Below, piece by piece: positions 48,601 to 61,083 of a stretch of 64,000 nucleotides of DNA. The notes beneath the pieces were generated by a model. It was not told the DNA's origin. It worked only from the letters and a program-made list of their open reading frames with translations, and ran no database searches. The DNA lies in the NCBI RefSeq assembly GCF_964204645.1, contig NC_134036.1:2728001-2792000 (forward strand), in the 5' to 3' direction. Each line of letters begins with the position of its first letter. Position 1 is the first letter of the stretch. The DNA is from Tubulanus polymorphus. Taxonomy: Eukaryota > Animalia > Nemertea. The position numbers were made by a program, and so were the translations under genes.

Positions 48601-49282
48601 CCCTTCCTAGTTTTACATACATACATATATAGGAAACAACGAATGTTATCGATTTCGAACGGTTTGTCGCACACTATTTATTGAAAAAGTTATCCTAGAT
48701 TCGAATAAAAGAATGCTCGGTATTAAACCAGTTTGAAATTCACAATTAGATTGGAAAAACTTCCTGGTAGTTTCTTCGTATATGCTTTGTGTATATCTAT
48801 ACCTTACTTGTATTTTGCTAGATGAATTGATTCATGCCTAAAGCACTGATGCATCATGGCGAATGGAAATGCTAATGCTGAAATAGGGACGGAGAAACTT
48901 AATTCAATTAGACGATTCTCATGTGGTCACATAGTTTATCACGGGTCTAGGAACTGCGTTTTAAGATAAAAAACAAGCTCGAATAAAGTCCAAGCTCGTG
49001 TGAAAATGAACGTGTAAGCTACCGCGGGATAGAACCTTGTTCAAGAAAGAACTGGGCAGCGGTCGATGCCACCAACAATACACAACGTTTAACTTTGTGT
49101 CTCTGCTTTATGTGACGTCACACGCAAACAAGACAGACGACAGTGCAGCGCGGCGAAGACAATTTTATTGATTTCTTTTTGTCGAGGAGATACAACAACA
49201 ACAATAAAGCTCGCAGCTCCTCGCGTGTATGGTGAACCTTACCTGATAGAAACGACACTTCTTCTATCTCATTATCTGACAT
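33635..49282 (-). CDS. M1 zinc aminopeptidase, type II membrane (ERAP1/IRAP/aminopeptidase A-like), 977 aa, 17 exons
   Basis: Exons 5'->3': 49282-49243, 42114-41493, 39938-39635, 39191-39071, 38533-38379, 38298-38185, 37729-37595, 37263-37132, 36739-36570, 36245-36163, 35906-35723, 35496-35346, 35034-34949, 34716-34612, 34519-34352, 34263-34123, 33857-33635. Sum 2934 nt, in frame. TM anchor ([21 protein letters not shown]), [46 protein letters not shown]. Exon 1 ([14 protein letters not shown]) is inferred from a phase-1 match and is less certain. Confidence 0.93.
37370..37520 (+). repeat. ~30-bp minisatellite in an aminopeptidase intron
   Basis: gatgatgccatagtgggattcttcaa, ~5 copies. Confidence 0.85.
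37772..38110 (+). repeat. ~39-40-bp minisatellite in an aminopeptidase intron
   Basis: aatcaggggacagtaaaccattttcagagactgttcctgac, degenerate copies. Confidence 0.85.
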
Positions 49283-49339
49283 TCTATTTAAAAATTTTCC
49301 AAATCAGAAATAACCGACACGGTATTGTAATAAAATCCG

Positions 49340-49600
49340 AACGCTACGTTAAGTGCGCGCATTGATTGAGAGTTGTGTAATAATAAAGTTCTTGTCTGTG
49401 ACTGTTTGTTGTAGAGCAAACCGCTCGCGCACGCCGTGGCTGCTCGCACTGTCTGTCACACGACAACGACGACGCCGACGACGTCGACAGTCAGTTTATT
49501 AACGTCCAGATTAGTATCGCGCGCGCGACTGCCGGAATGACAGCAATCCGTTCGCCATCTGGCGGTTGATAGAATCATTACGTTGATAGAATTATTACGC
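49340..49600 (-). promoter_or_regulatory. CpG-rich 5'UTR/promoter of the aminopeptidase with a CTCF-like motif
   Basis: CpG-dense stretch just upstream of ATG 49282; CCGCCAGATGGCG on the minus strand at 49565-49553 resembles the CTCF core. Confidence 0.4.
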
Positions 49601-51064
49601 CTTGTCAAGTTACTTTCGTTCTATGTGAGAACTCAAAGGGGCACCACCAAGTGGTTCTCCGAGTAGCTTCTTAGGAGCGGATTCAGGGGATCTGAGACTT
49701 GCACAAGTCCATCATCAGGACCGGCACATCCAAAAGGATCTCGATATTTTGTCCAGGCCTTTAAATGCAACGCAATGTCTAACATCACTAATTGAAGCCA
49801 TCCATAATAGGCCTTTTATCTACTCTAGATCTAATCAATTAAAGTGAATATGAATATTTTAGATCATCACCTTTTTCTTGACCAGTGGTGCCGAAATTTC
49901 CCACTGACGTCGACGACTGGTTGAAATCGTCTTTCAATTTTTTCTTTTCCAGTTCCATCGCATGTAGGCCTAGCACGCAGTCTGCATTACAAAAACAACA
50001 ATACTGTTTGTGTGTTTTCTCTTTGGCCTCTGTGAAAGGGTGGAGCCAGAAAGTTTGGAGGGTGCCGGGGACCAGGATACTGAAGGGCACTTCGCGACGG
50101 GCAGCCAACAAAATTTTTGTTGTTCTTCAAGGCTATTTGAAGGCTGCCATGAGGATATAATTCATATATCTTCATAAAATGAAAACAAATTCCTAAAAAT
50201 GTTGAGCACGTTAAGAGATTTAGGGGGTCATCCAGTCCCCCCTTTGAATCCGCCCTTGCTGTGAAGAAGTTCAAAGGTTTCTGTATCATGATTTAATTAT
50301 TGATGGTATTCCAAGTTCTCCCTCTGTGGGTGAAAGCGTTTAATCTATACAGATAGATACAAGGTTCTGGATGAAATGTGCCACGAAACCAGAAGAAATT
50401 GCCATAAATTTTGAATCGGAATCCCTGAAAATCTTGAATTCGTTATTGAAAAGAACTTACCATTTGAGATTTTATTCTTTTGCGTAGAAAATATCTATCG
50501 TGCCCCAATATCATATGATATAATGTTGATCGTATGGAAAATACCTATTGTTCTTAAAGCATGTGACATTTTCGACACTTACGCTTAATCTTAACCTAAT
50601 ATTCTATATTTGCTTTGAGTACCATTTCAGTGACGAGCGACCGTATAGCGCTTGCACATTTTCAATACTTCAAACATGCATCAGTACGGTCTTCTTATAC
50701 CTTTTGGAATGAGGTACATTTCAAATCCGAACCTGATTATGGCAAAGTTTCGTTCCTTTTCCCATCAACAAGGGGAAAGGGACATCAAACCTGGTAATAA
50801 TGCCCCGAGTGCAGCGCTCAAAGGGCCGAGGAAAAGCCAAGTTGAAATCAGGGATCAGCATGCCTACATATTCATAATTCAGAAATTTTTGAGTCATGGG
50901 CTACTAACCGTTTTATGGTCGGAGACTGAATGACGCCTCTTCCTCGGTCGGGCGAGGAAAAAGCAACCTACGAGTGGGCCCAGAGGAAAATCGGACCTGG
51001 CAGAAATGCTCCAGCGAATGCTTTGAGAAACCCAGTTCAAATCAGGGATCAGTATAGCCTTAAA

Positions 51065-51435
51065 AGTGCCCGTATCAAGTTCAAAATATTACTCACTGTA
51101 TTCAAGTGTGTAAATGGCTTGGCACCACAGTATTTGCAGGACATTTTGACAAGACCGGAACTAGTCCGAATTACCAGATCAGTTTATTCTGACAATCTTA
51201 AGGTACTGCGCACAAAAACTTGCTCTGGTGACAGGGCATTTTCAGTGTGCGGCCCTAAACCGTGGAACAGTCTTCCATCGGAACTAAAGTCTGCCAAATC
51301 CGTTGACAGTTTCAAAACCATGTTAAAGTCCTGGCTGTTTAAAGAGCACTTCACCACTGAGGAGATAGCGCTTTGAACGCATATTGTGGAAAGGCGCTAT
51401 AGTTTAAAAGACACTTTGTTATGTTATGTTATGTT
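51065..51435 (+). mobile_element. 5'-truncated LINE (L2/Crack/Daphne-type) 3' end
   Basis: RIKFKILLTVFKCVNGLAPQYL...GDRAFSVCGPKPWNSLPSEL...FKTMLKSWLF, then a 3' stem-loop (tagcgcttt...aaggcgcta) and a (TGTTA)n tail. Confidence 0.88.
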
Positions 51436-52629
51436 AAAAGTTCTAAATTAAATGATGCACCTGCTTAGCAGTAAAAAAGAAACTTCCAGTTTCTTAAGAG
51501 TCCAGTGGTGTGAGAGAATAATGTTGTTACCTTGAATCTCACCCGATCCAAAACTTCCAGCACGAATATATTATATACACTGTTTTTACATCCTCGTTTG
51601 TTACCTTATCAAAATGATGATGTGTATTACCGTCGTGCTGGGAACTATAACAGCCACCAGCACACAACCACCTTTCTGTACGGTGATTATGATTCCGGAT
51701 ATATAGTGATCAATTTGAGTGGACCTATTTATATATATAAATATAGATATAGGGTACAATCATGCTTAGCAATTATCTATAATAAAATATATTGGATTCA
51801 GGTCGACGGTATAGTATACTGTCGTATTATCCTTAGTCATGCGGCATGCTGCAATTGTAAGGTGGTTCCCCCGGTGGTTCCGCAACTATGAGTTCGATTC
51901 GAATATGGTAAGAACTGCTGAAAAAAGTGGAAAGTGTCCTTATTGCAATTCGAACTCACTTGTCACTCAGCATTGGTGACTGTGAATGCTTCAGCATCAC
52001 ACCTTATCCTACTGAAGGGACGCTATCTATTTGATATGTCCCCTACAAACCTGTCGCTCATTTAGCCTTTGAAATCAGAGTATTGCCTCAAAAAATCGAA
52101 TCAGTATTTCTCTGGCAGAAATGGTAACGAAACACTAAAATTCAGGAACAGTTGGCAGCTTTTCTTAAGCGTAACTTTCTTCAAAGTTGATGGACATACC
52201 TGTTTATCGAATGAAGACATTGAGCATCGTTTCAAAAGAAAATCGGGAACAATTACTGGACAAGTCCTTCTTCTTCGTTGTCGATGCCTCAGAAGTGGAA
52301 ATTGTTTAGAAGCGGACGCGATCGCGAGGCAGCTGTTGCAGTCTTACTGGCGATAATACACTTTACTGTAAATCCTATAGAACACTGGGCGGTCGTTGAT
52401 AATGATACAATCGCAAAAAATGTTTAATTCACGAATGGCCGTGGATTACAATGGATTTTAATATACCTCGGCTCGACACCTGTTCGATCATCGACCGAGA
52501 TTTACCACAGCACACGATGAATCGATAATTCAATCGAACAATATTATATTAGAATTCTTTAGTATCATCAACCTAGATCAGTGATATTATTATTACTGAC
52601 AGCCTAGTAACAACTTACTTATTTTTAAT

Positions 52630-52815
52630 GAATTCAACGATTCAGTAAAATTATGATCAGTTACTAATGACGACCTTCTCATTCTCGATAACTTCAACGA
52701 TTCAGTGAAATTATGATTAGTAACTAATGACGACCTTCTCATTCTTTATATCTTCGGCCATTCAGTAAAATCATTTATTAATGATGATTTTTTGTTTGAT
52801 TCTCGATAACTTCAA
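52630..52815 (+). repeat. 60-bp tandem repeat (~3 copies)
   Basis: ttcaacgattcagt.aaattatgat.agt.actaatgacgaccttctcattct repeated at a 60-bp period. Confidence 0.85.
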
Positions 52816-55800
52816 AATATTGAAATATGTTGAGGGTCAGGGGGTCATATGGAAGCTAAAATCAAAGGCAAACGCGAATGGTCTAAACTTGACCTTTGCG
52901 GCACCAGAAAACTGGAACAAACACGAAAAGGACCAGATACAGAAATATAACATCATCAATTCATTTAATAATTCATACAAGTTTTATTCATGTATATATA
53001 AGGATCATTTCCCAGTATTATTATTATCGCAGGAACGTTAATTTATGCAAATAGTGCGAGAAATAAATACGTGCTGATTGGTCGATTTACAACAATAAAT
53101 CACTATGGTGATAGAGAGAACATCTTTTGCCACAGCAACGAGGAGGGATAACAATACGCATGCACCATACTTTTAGGATGTTTATGTACAAAAATATCAA
53201 TACAATATCCATATAAGCGTTAGCTTTCCCTTCATTACCAGGAAGAATGTTTTACCAAAAACATTACATTTTAATCTTGTACTTGACAAACGTTGGCATT
53301 GTGGCAAATCATTTTTTTTTAGGAATAAAATTTCTTTCAAGTTACTAGGTCAACTCTCGATTATCCCCCATTCTCATTTTTCTGCCCAAATATTTTTGAA
53401 TGCCTGATTAAAGAATTTACTTCATCATCAATTGTGACATCTGCCATCCTCGATTATCAGCCAACAAGACATTTGTCCCAACCATGCGGCATATCAAAAT
53501 CGAGAGTTGACCATACATTGAATTAGTTCAGCTTTTTTTGGAACGCACTCTTTTTTATTATGTTTATTAGGAGCTAGTCTTTCTTTAAAAATTTACATGC
53601 AGTTGGTCAAGCAAAAAACAAGAGCCTATACACTCTTTAAGTGTTAAGTTATGATTCATGGCGACATTTTGGTATCTACCACAAGGGAAAAGTTGGATGG
53701 AATGAGAAGTAGATTGCACATACACAGTGATTGATATATCACAAAGGAATCCGAGGTCAGACAGCGGGTAGAATTTCATGAAAAACTGTTAAGAGAAAAA
53801 ATCTTCAGACTTGGAAGTGACCTGAGCCAATACAAACTCCAGCCTTTTATCATCTGAGACATAACAAATGATGGTTTCTACAAACTTTAATCTTGATGAG
53901 CACTGATGTTCAAGTTGAAATCAATATTTTTCACAACTTCTTGGTGATTTTTCTTTATCCTTATAACTTGTCTTCAATTTCAGGCATTCACTTTTCAGAA
54001 ATATGTAATTTATCAATTTTCTTCTTTTTTCAACAACATCTTGATGGATTCAATTTTTTCGACTCGTCAACTTTTTCACGAAAATTTACCCAACCGCGCG
54101 GGACCATACGGCAAACATTTGGAGACTACGACAATACACGTAGCGAAGTCAGTGGAGCAAGAATATGACAGAGCTTGAAGTATTATCCATTTAAAGCTCC
54201 AACAGAGTTTGGAGGGATACGATATATTGCAATTCATGCATACATTGTCAACTACAGTCGACTCCTCCTAACTCGAGAATCAGTTCTAAGTTCTCAGCAA
54301 TGGTTCCAAAATGTGCGTTGAGTTAAGAGGAGTCTGCTGTGTATGTTTGGTGATACATTTAGTGGAGGCCCGTTTCACAAAAATTAAGTTATTCCCTTAG
54401 CGTTTCATTCTAGACCTAAACGATAAAATCTACTAGACTTTGTAGTTTCGATGTCAACAAAATACCTCCTTGTTTAAATAAATAGAAGTTGTGATTTCTA
54501 GACCTTTTCACAAATTCCAATGATTTAACAGAAGAATAATCCCTTCGACAAAATGGAAATTGCTTCGAGCATCTTTTTGTGAAACTGGGCACCTGTTTCT
54601 ATAAATATGTATCTATAAATAGTGACAGAATGTACATTTTATATCACAAGTCGTTTAAAAATATGAGAGAATATTTTTTTAATGTATTAACATCTTCGGG
54701 GACTGAGGAAACACTTAACAAAATGTCACTTTACACGTATATACTTGCACTCACACATTTGGAATGTACAAAAGGAGAGATATGTTGTAACGTTTTGACA
54801 ATTATTGGCAATGAATAATAAGGACAAATTATGGTATTATATTATAAGGAGTGAGCAAATGCGCTTTGGTTGCTGGTGAAAATTTAGATTTCAAAATAAA
54901 ATACCACAATTAATTCAATTGCTTGGACAGTGACAGGATTTAGATTGACTGGACTCGGTTATCTCTGGATCCGGTTCTATACATGTTGGCTTTATTCAGC
55001 TCTGAATCTAGTTACGCGGTTGTGTGGGTTAAATTTGACTCTGGATCCAATTCTACAGTTGTGTGGTTTAATTTTAATCAAGATCCAGTTTCGTAGTCAT
55101 GTCAGTTTAATTTGACTCTAAATCCAGGTCTTCAGTTTTAGATGAGGGATCAACATTTTTTTTTTACTTTTTTGACAACACCGTTTTGACTTAAAAAAGT
55201 TTCCTTCTGATAATATTTTGAAACCTAATTCACCACCAGGTGCAAGCTATGTATATAAACAACACATGGCACAGCCACGGATAAATATGCACCTATTGCA
55301 TTATGTCAGGCCATCAGAAAAATTTAACCACCATACTATACAACATAATTGATTATGCTAATAATAATAATAATAATAATAATAATGATAATAACAATAT
55401 CAATTTTTCCTATAAGATAGAAAATAAATCAATAACTAACAAATTCACTGTTTATCAATTAACACGTAATAATTAATAACCGATTATTACTAAACTAATT
55501 AAAATGGACGATATGACGCATATATAACGTAATCATATATTCTGAATTGTAATATTTGTAATATTTACAGTATAAAACACTACGCAAAAACGACTTTAAC
55601 ACGGTAATACATTGTAATAATACACTGTAATGCATACACGTCTATACACTAAATGTGTAAACATATCCCAATGCAACATTCGAAAAATGAAAATGAACTC
55701 ATGAGTTTCTTTTTTCGAAATACATTCAACCATTGAAGTTTCATTTCTCCATTCATTCTTTAAACAATATCAAACATGTATCAAAGTGGTGCAAATTTAT

Positions 55801-56285
55801 ACAATTTCCTGACAGCCAATAAGAAACCTCCATATTCGAAACTGACCAATAGAAATTCACGCATTTCAATCAGCACGAAATAAACAATTTCGTCTCGCTG
55901 TTCAGAAAAATCAAAAAATTTCGCAAAAAGAATTCGAGTTTCAGGCACGGAACGGAGGAAGCAAAAGTGTAAATCAATCTTCGATATTCAGAAAGGAACG
56001 TCGAGCAAAAGATGAAAATTCAGTTCTCGGATGAGTTGAACATCATGACTACGCTTAACCCGCAAAAGAAACTGATGCACCGTCAGAAACCAGTGGTTTA
56101 GAGTCTCTTCATTGTTTAACTCAAATAAACTTTCACCGTTCGCAATCTTGTTTTTACATAACAGTTTCCATTGTTGTACTAATATACAAACTACATTGAG
56201 CTTAGCAACATTTGTGCAGCCAATAGGAAGCGGCCAGTTCAGCGAGCGACCAATGAACGATTGTTTGTCTGTTTATTTAGGGGGG

Positions 56286-59200
56286 TTAAAAACGAGTTTC
56301 GTTGAGGTCGCCGCCGCTCTGTTCGGGAATTTCCGGCAGATTTTTCTGTTGTTGGAAACGTTTTTTCAACGATCGAAGTCGTTGATGTTTTTTTTCATCG
56401 CGCTGACGTTTCAGCTCGAGTTTCTTCACGTAGAAAACGTCGTCGCTGAAATACAAGAGACGACAAACAATGAGTAAAATTCCAGAACCTGATATAAGGC
56501 TATAAAGAATTGATACCTTGTTTCTCTCATTTCTGCTGAGCTTAAAAGTTGACCAGGCCGTCTATCTACCCTATACATTACCTTATGAAAATCATGATCA
56601 AGCTTACCATAACAGACTCAGCAGTTTTATTGCAGTTAAAAATATGACCTGGCCATTTAGGAGAAACAAGTTATCATTTCTTTGCACCTAACTTTAAGAC
56701 CTTGACAATTTCAATGCATCGTAGCAAATCAAGTCGATTTTGAAATCATACGTAGATTTGAGACGCGTGGAAGCGGCTGCCTCTTCTAGAACATCAATTT
56801 GATGTCATAGGGGGATCTACAGAAGCAGCTCCATTTTAACTGGAAGCATTTTAATCAGCACATCAACATGATGTTCAAAGTGGTTTTATGAATGAAGCAG
56901 CCATCTTTTTTGGTCACCACATTTAGATTTATGAAAGCTGTCATCTTTTCTGGAATGGTGTGGTGTCTATTTGCTGCCGACGATATCATAGGCAGATTAA
57001 TGAAGGCTGCCATGTCTAGAAGAGGGTAGAACAGTGTAGCTGTCATTACCTGTGTTAACTAGGTGAGGTGATTGGCGTGGAATTAGTGGATGATATCGGC
57101 GACGTCCATGGTTTATTTTTATTGCGTAGTTGATCGTACCTTCATTAGAATTAACAACAAATCATTCATGAATTATCGGATATATCGAGATTTAATTATC
57201 TATGGGCTGCATTCGCTGAGGAGTTGGTTAGAGTTAACCAGTTTATAGTTGACATAGTGACAATTAAAAAGTTCGTTGTTACTATGGCATTTATCCGCTG
57301 GTTATCTTTAACCAACTTTTGAGCAACTTTAGCCTTCGAGTATTAATAATAGTAATAATAACAATAATTATGATCATTGTAATATCTATATCATCATTAA
57401 TCAAATTTAGATAATAAAATATATATGATAGGGATAGGAAAATTGATGGGAGCCCGAACAGAGCTTGAAAGGCTGTAAGTGAATTACTATGGATGTTCAG
57501 GAGACGCCTTCGGGTAAAATGTAGTAATAAGTTTTAAGGAAAACTCTGATTGAGATTTGAAAGTAAAACATTGTCTGACGCAAATGTATAAAATTTTGAC
57601 ATGACTGAGTTTTCAATTATAATAACATAACATTTTTTGATTGTATAAAGCAGAGTTGGCGGGGTGGGGTGGGGGTTTAATTGATATGGATTATAGTTTT
57701 AGAGGATGACTCACCTTTGAACTTGTTCAGGTACATATAGATATTCCATGGGAACGATATCGGAGAGATCTTTTAACGAGTATATGTACTTGATTTTTGA
57801 ATAAAACTTTGAGCTGTCGATGAAAGCAAAAAGAAGTGGATTCAAATTAAAGATTTAAGTAGATTAATCATGTTTGCTGTCACCATCTTTCTACATAGTT
57901 GGAAACAGAGCTTTTACATTGTCAGCCATTACTCAAAAATTGAACAATGGCATTGAGAATGAAGTAGAATTTGTTCGTATTGCCAGCACTATTAAAGAAC
58001 TGTGTCATTCCAACTGCCACAGTGAAAATATCAATCAACGAATGATAAGGAGCGGCTACAAGATAACTCGTGGCGGCAATGAGGACAGAACCAGAACTAC
58101 AAGTTAACTTGCAGTGGCAGTGATGGCAGAACTGGAACAATGTAATATTTCCTAGTTAGGAGCAAACTTAACATATAGAATTCTAGATCTACGGTCATTG
58201 TTTTTTACCTGATAAATGGTCGAGTCATTAACGTAACTGTTTTGATCCAGAAAGTCGGATGAACTAATAACAAACTTTTCAAATTCTTCCGTAACCTGCA
58301 AAGTGAGCAAATAATATTTACAGTTAATGTCATGGAAACAGTGCAATGATGATCCTAGACTTTAAGAATATTTTCCGACCCAAAGCTGCATCACAAGAAT
58401 TAATGCTCGATTTTGTTTTGAGTGAGGCATAAACATTCATTGAATCACTGCAATAGTTACCTTCTGTCAATCATCTGATAGCACCTTCGCATCCAACCAA
58501 TCGTTGGCATTTTCGATCGAGGGGTGGAGCCATGGAAGTAGATAATCATGTAGTCATCGGCGACCAACAATTCTAATGTACTTATCACATATCTACAACG
58601 AGATGAAACGAACAACGAAATGAAAATCTGTAACATTCGACGCCCGCTTTCGAAACCGATTCTTAAAACTTACAAGAATAAATTATCCATCACGTAGCGG
58701 TAGTCATGACGACTACGGTCGGGTAGATAACACGACGCGAAAACGACGATCGCGTTCGCACCATTGCCATAGTAACCGCCGTGTGACAATACGCGTTTAT
58801 ACGGTTCGATGACTTTCATGTCGACTTTGTATTTTTTGTCGGCGATAACGACCGTGCGCCAGTGTCGTTCATTCTCCAGTTCCTCCTCGGCGGTGTATTC
58901 GGGTATCGGGGCGACTCCGCCCCCGCCCCCGGGCGTCGTAGGGCTCGACGTTGTCGTGGTTTCGTAGTCTTCCATGTGCGGCGAATCGTCATCGTCATCC
59001 CATTCTAGCTCACCTGCAGAGCGGGAGCGGGGAGAGAGTGAGAGAGAGAGAGAGAGAGAGCAGGGAGATAAGTGACAGAGAGAGACCTAGGTTGGTCTGA
59101 TATCTAAATCGGTGATTTCGAGATTTCTGATATCTAAATTTGAATGATAGATCAACCACAAAATCAAAGAGAGCAGGGAGATGTAGCTCAACCATAAAAT

Positions 59201-61083
59201 AAATCCAAATTACCGGTAAAATCATCTCCGTAATCGAGATCGTCTAAATCGGGAGTTTCCAGGTCGTCTGGAGTGGGGATGTCCTCCATCGCGTCGAGCG
59301 TATCAATCGAACTCAAACGTTCTAGACTGCGTTCCTGATCGGCTTCGGTCATCGATGGGAAACGATCGTGCGTGAAATCCATATCGAGATCCGGCATGAT
59401 TTTCTTCTTCGTCCGAACGTTATTGTTGTTCGTCGTCGTCGGCAACGTGTCTGGACGTGTTGCGGCTGAAAATTTAAGGAAAATACGATATATATCATAA
59501 CGAATCGATATCTGAAGAGCTTTAAAAATTCTAAAAATAGACTGGATTTGCATAATTTATGTGGGAAGATTTGCATAATGCATGGAATCAATTGACTCTT
59601 TTAAAGCAATCTCAAGTTTTTACCAGAGATAAAGGATTTTCAAAGATTCCTTAAATAGACCTGATTTGCATAATTCTTGTGATCAGATTGCATAATTCTG
59701 TTAGCAAGACACTTCAAAGCAAACTCTTAAAACCTTTCAGTACTGCCGTGTAGACGCACTCAAGCGGTATGCCTGTCATTCAAAGCACTGGGATAAAATC
59801 TTCAAAAATCATCAAATTATCTCTAGCACTTCAGGGTATTAATTAATCAGTTAGCACTGAAATTCGACTGTAAGTTTCCTCACCTTTAGGAGTACTTTCC
59901 AGTTCGGCATTGTCGACTTCTGTTACGATGAAATCGCTTGAGTCAAACACACCTTCCTCGCCTTCCATCGAAATCTTCGAACTGTTGATGACGTCTTCGT
60001 TTTCATTCATTTTCATCTGTAATGATAGGAAAATTCAAATGTCAACGCAATGTTAAGACAAAGGCAGAAAGGATGACACCACCCTAACCATCCCAAACTA
60101 CAGTACAGGGATCAGTTGGTTAAAAGTTAATCTGTGGATAGTTGATATAGTGACAATTAAAATTGCATTGTAACCATGGCCCATGGTCTATTTGCCCACC
60201 GGTTAACTCCAACCAACATTTGAGCAACTGGCCCCTGCGCATCTGAACCTAAATTCTCTCATGTTCGCTTCATAACTTATAGGACCAGCTCTTCAAAATT
60301 AGAACCTGATATTATAGGAGTACCTTACCAGTACCTCAGTACAACCAGAATACTTGAAACTACAAGGGACAGCTTCAAAAGCTCATCAAAGTCTACTCAG
60401 AATACTGCTAAGTTGTCAAAAGGGCTGCAAATGTTTTCATTATCAATTCATCATTCATCATTCAACACGGCCCGCAGAGAGTTTATCAAATATTGTCAGT
60501 TGTCTTTTTGGTTCCACATTGCTACACCTAGATACCTCGGGAAAAGATCAGCAGGAGATACATGGAAGCAGCCCCATGCCAATATGGCCAAGAAGGCAAA
60601 GCGATGGACAAACAGTCTACGGAACCAGCGCTTGAGAAGTGATGTATATGTCCAGAGAGATGTAGACACAGAGAGAGCCACCCGTTATTGGTCCAGGCAC
60701 GGACGGCAAAATCTCCCACAATACGTCCAGAGATAGAAAGTCTAATTCATCAATATTTGTCCAGGCATTGCAGTTATAGCATATAGAAATGTTAAGGACA
60801 AGTATTTCTTGGTTCCCAAACTGCGATATCAATGAGCAAGCAGCAAATATCAATTTCCGACACGGTACAATGTAAAACACATATCACCATATCGGAAAAT
60901 GATGCATCAGTTATTTTACTCATAGATAACAAGATCGAAGTTGCTACACAACACAAAACCCACCTTCGATGTTAACAGGGCGTCACAGCATGGAATATCG
61001 TCGCTAATAATCCGACCGCTGTTTGTTACATCAAACAACTGATCATCATCGTCACTGTTGCGTGTATTGTACACTATTACCAT
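56286..61083 (-). CDS. BCH (BNIP2/Cdc42GAP homology, CRAL-TRIO-like) domain protein, BNIP2/caytaxin/PRUNE2 family; long C-terminal isoform
   Basis: Exons 61083-60964 (putative first), 60016-59884, 59465-59214, 59013-58674, 58592-58461, 58295-58209, 57813-57715, then 56445-56286 (or cassette 57139-57050 with stop at 57057-57055). Motifs [84 protein letters not shown]. The 5' end is uncertain and more exons may lie upstream. Confidence 0.9.
56511..56676. mobile_element. MITE, same family as 6931-7139 (copy 2, in BCH gene intron)
   Basis: tgataccttgtttctc / gagaaacaagttatca; shared ctatctaccct..acattac..aaaatcatgatcaa.cttaccataacagac. Confidence 0.75.
57050..57139 (-). CDS. Stop-containing cassette exon of the BCH gene (short isoform ending ...TPITSPS*)
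   Basis: AAG acceptor, phase-2 compatible, encodes [30 protein letters not shown], followed 5 nt later by a CAG|GTAATG donor. Confidence 0.7.
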
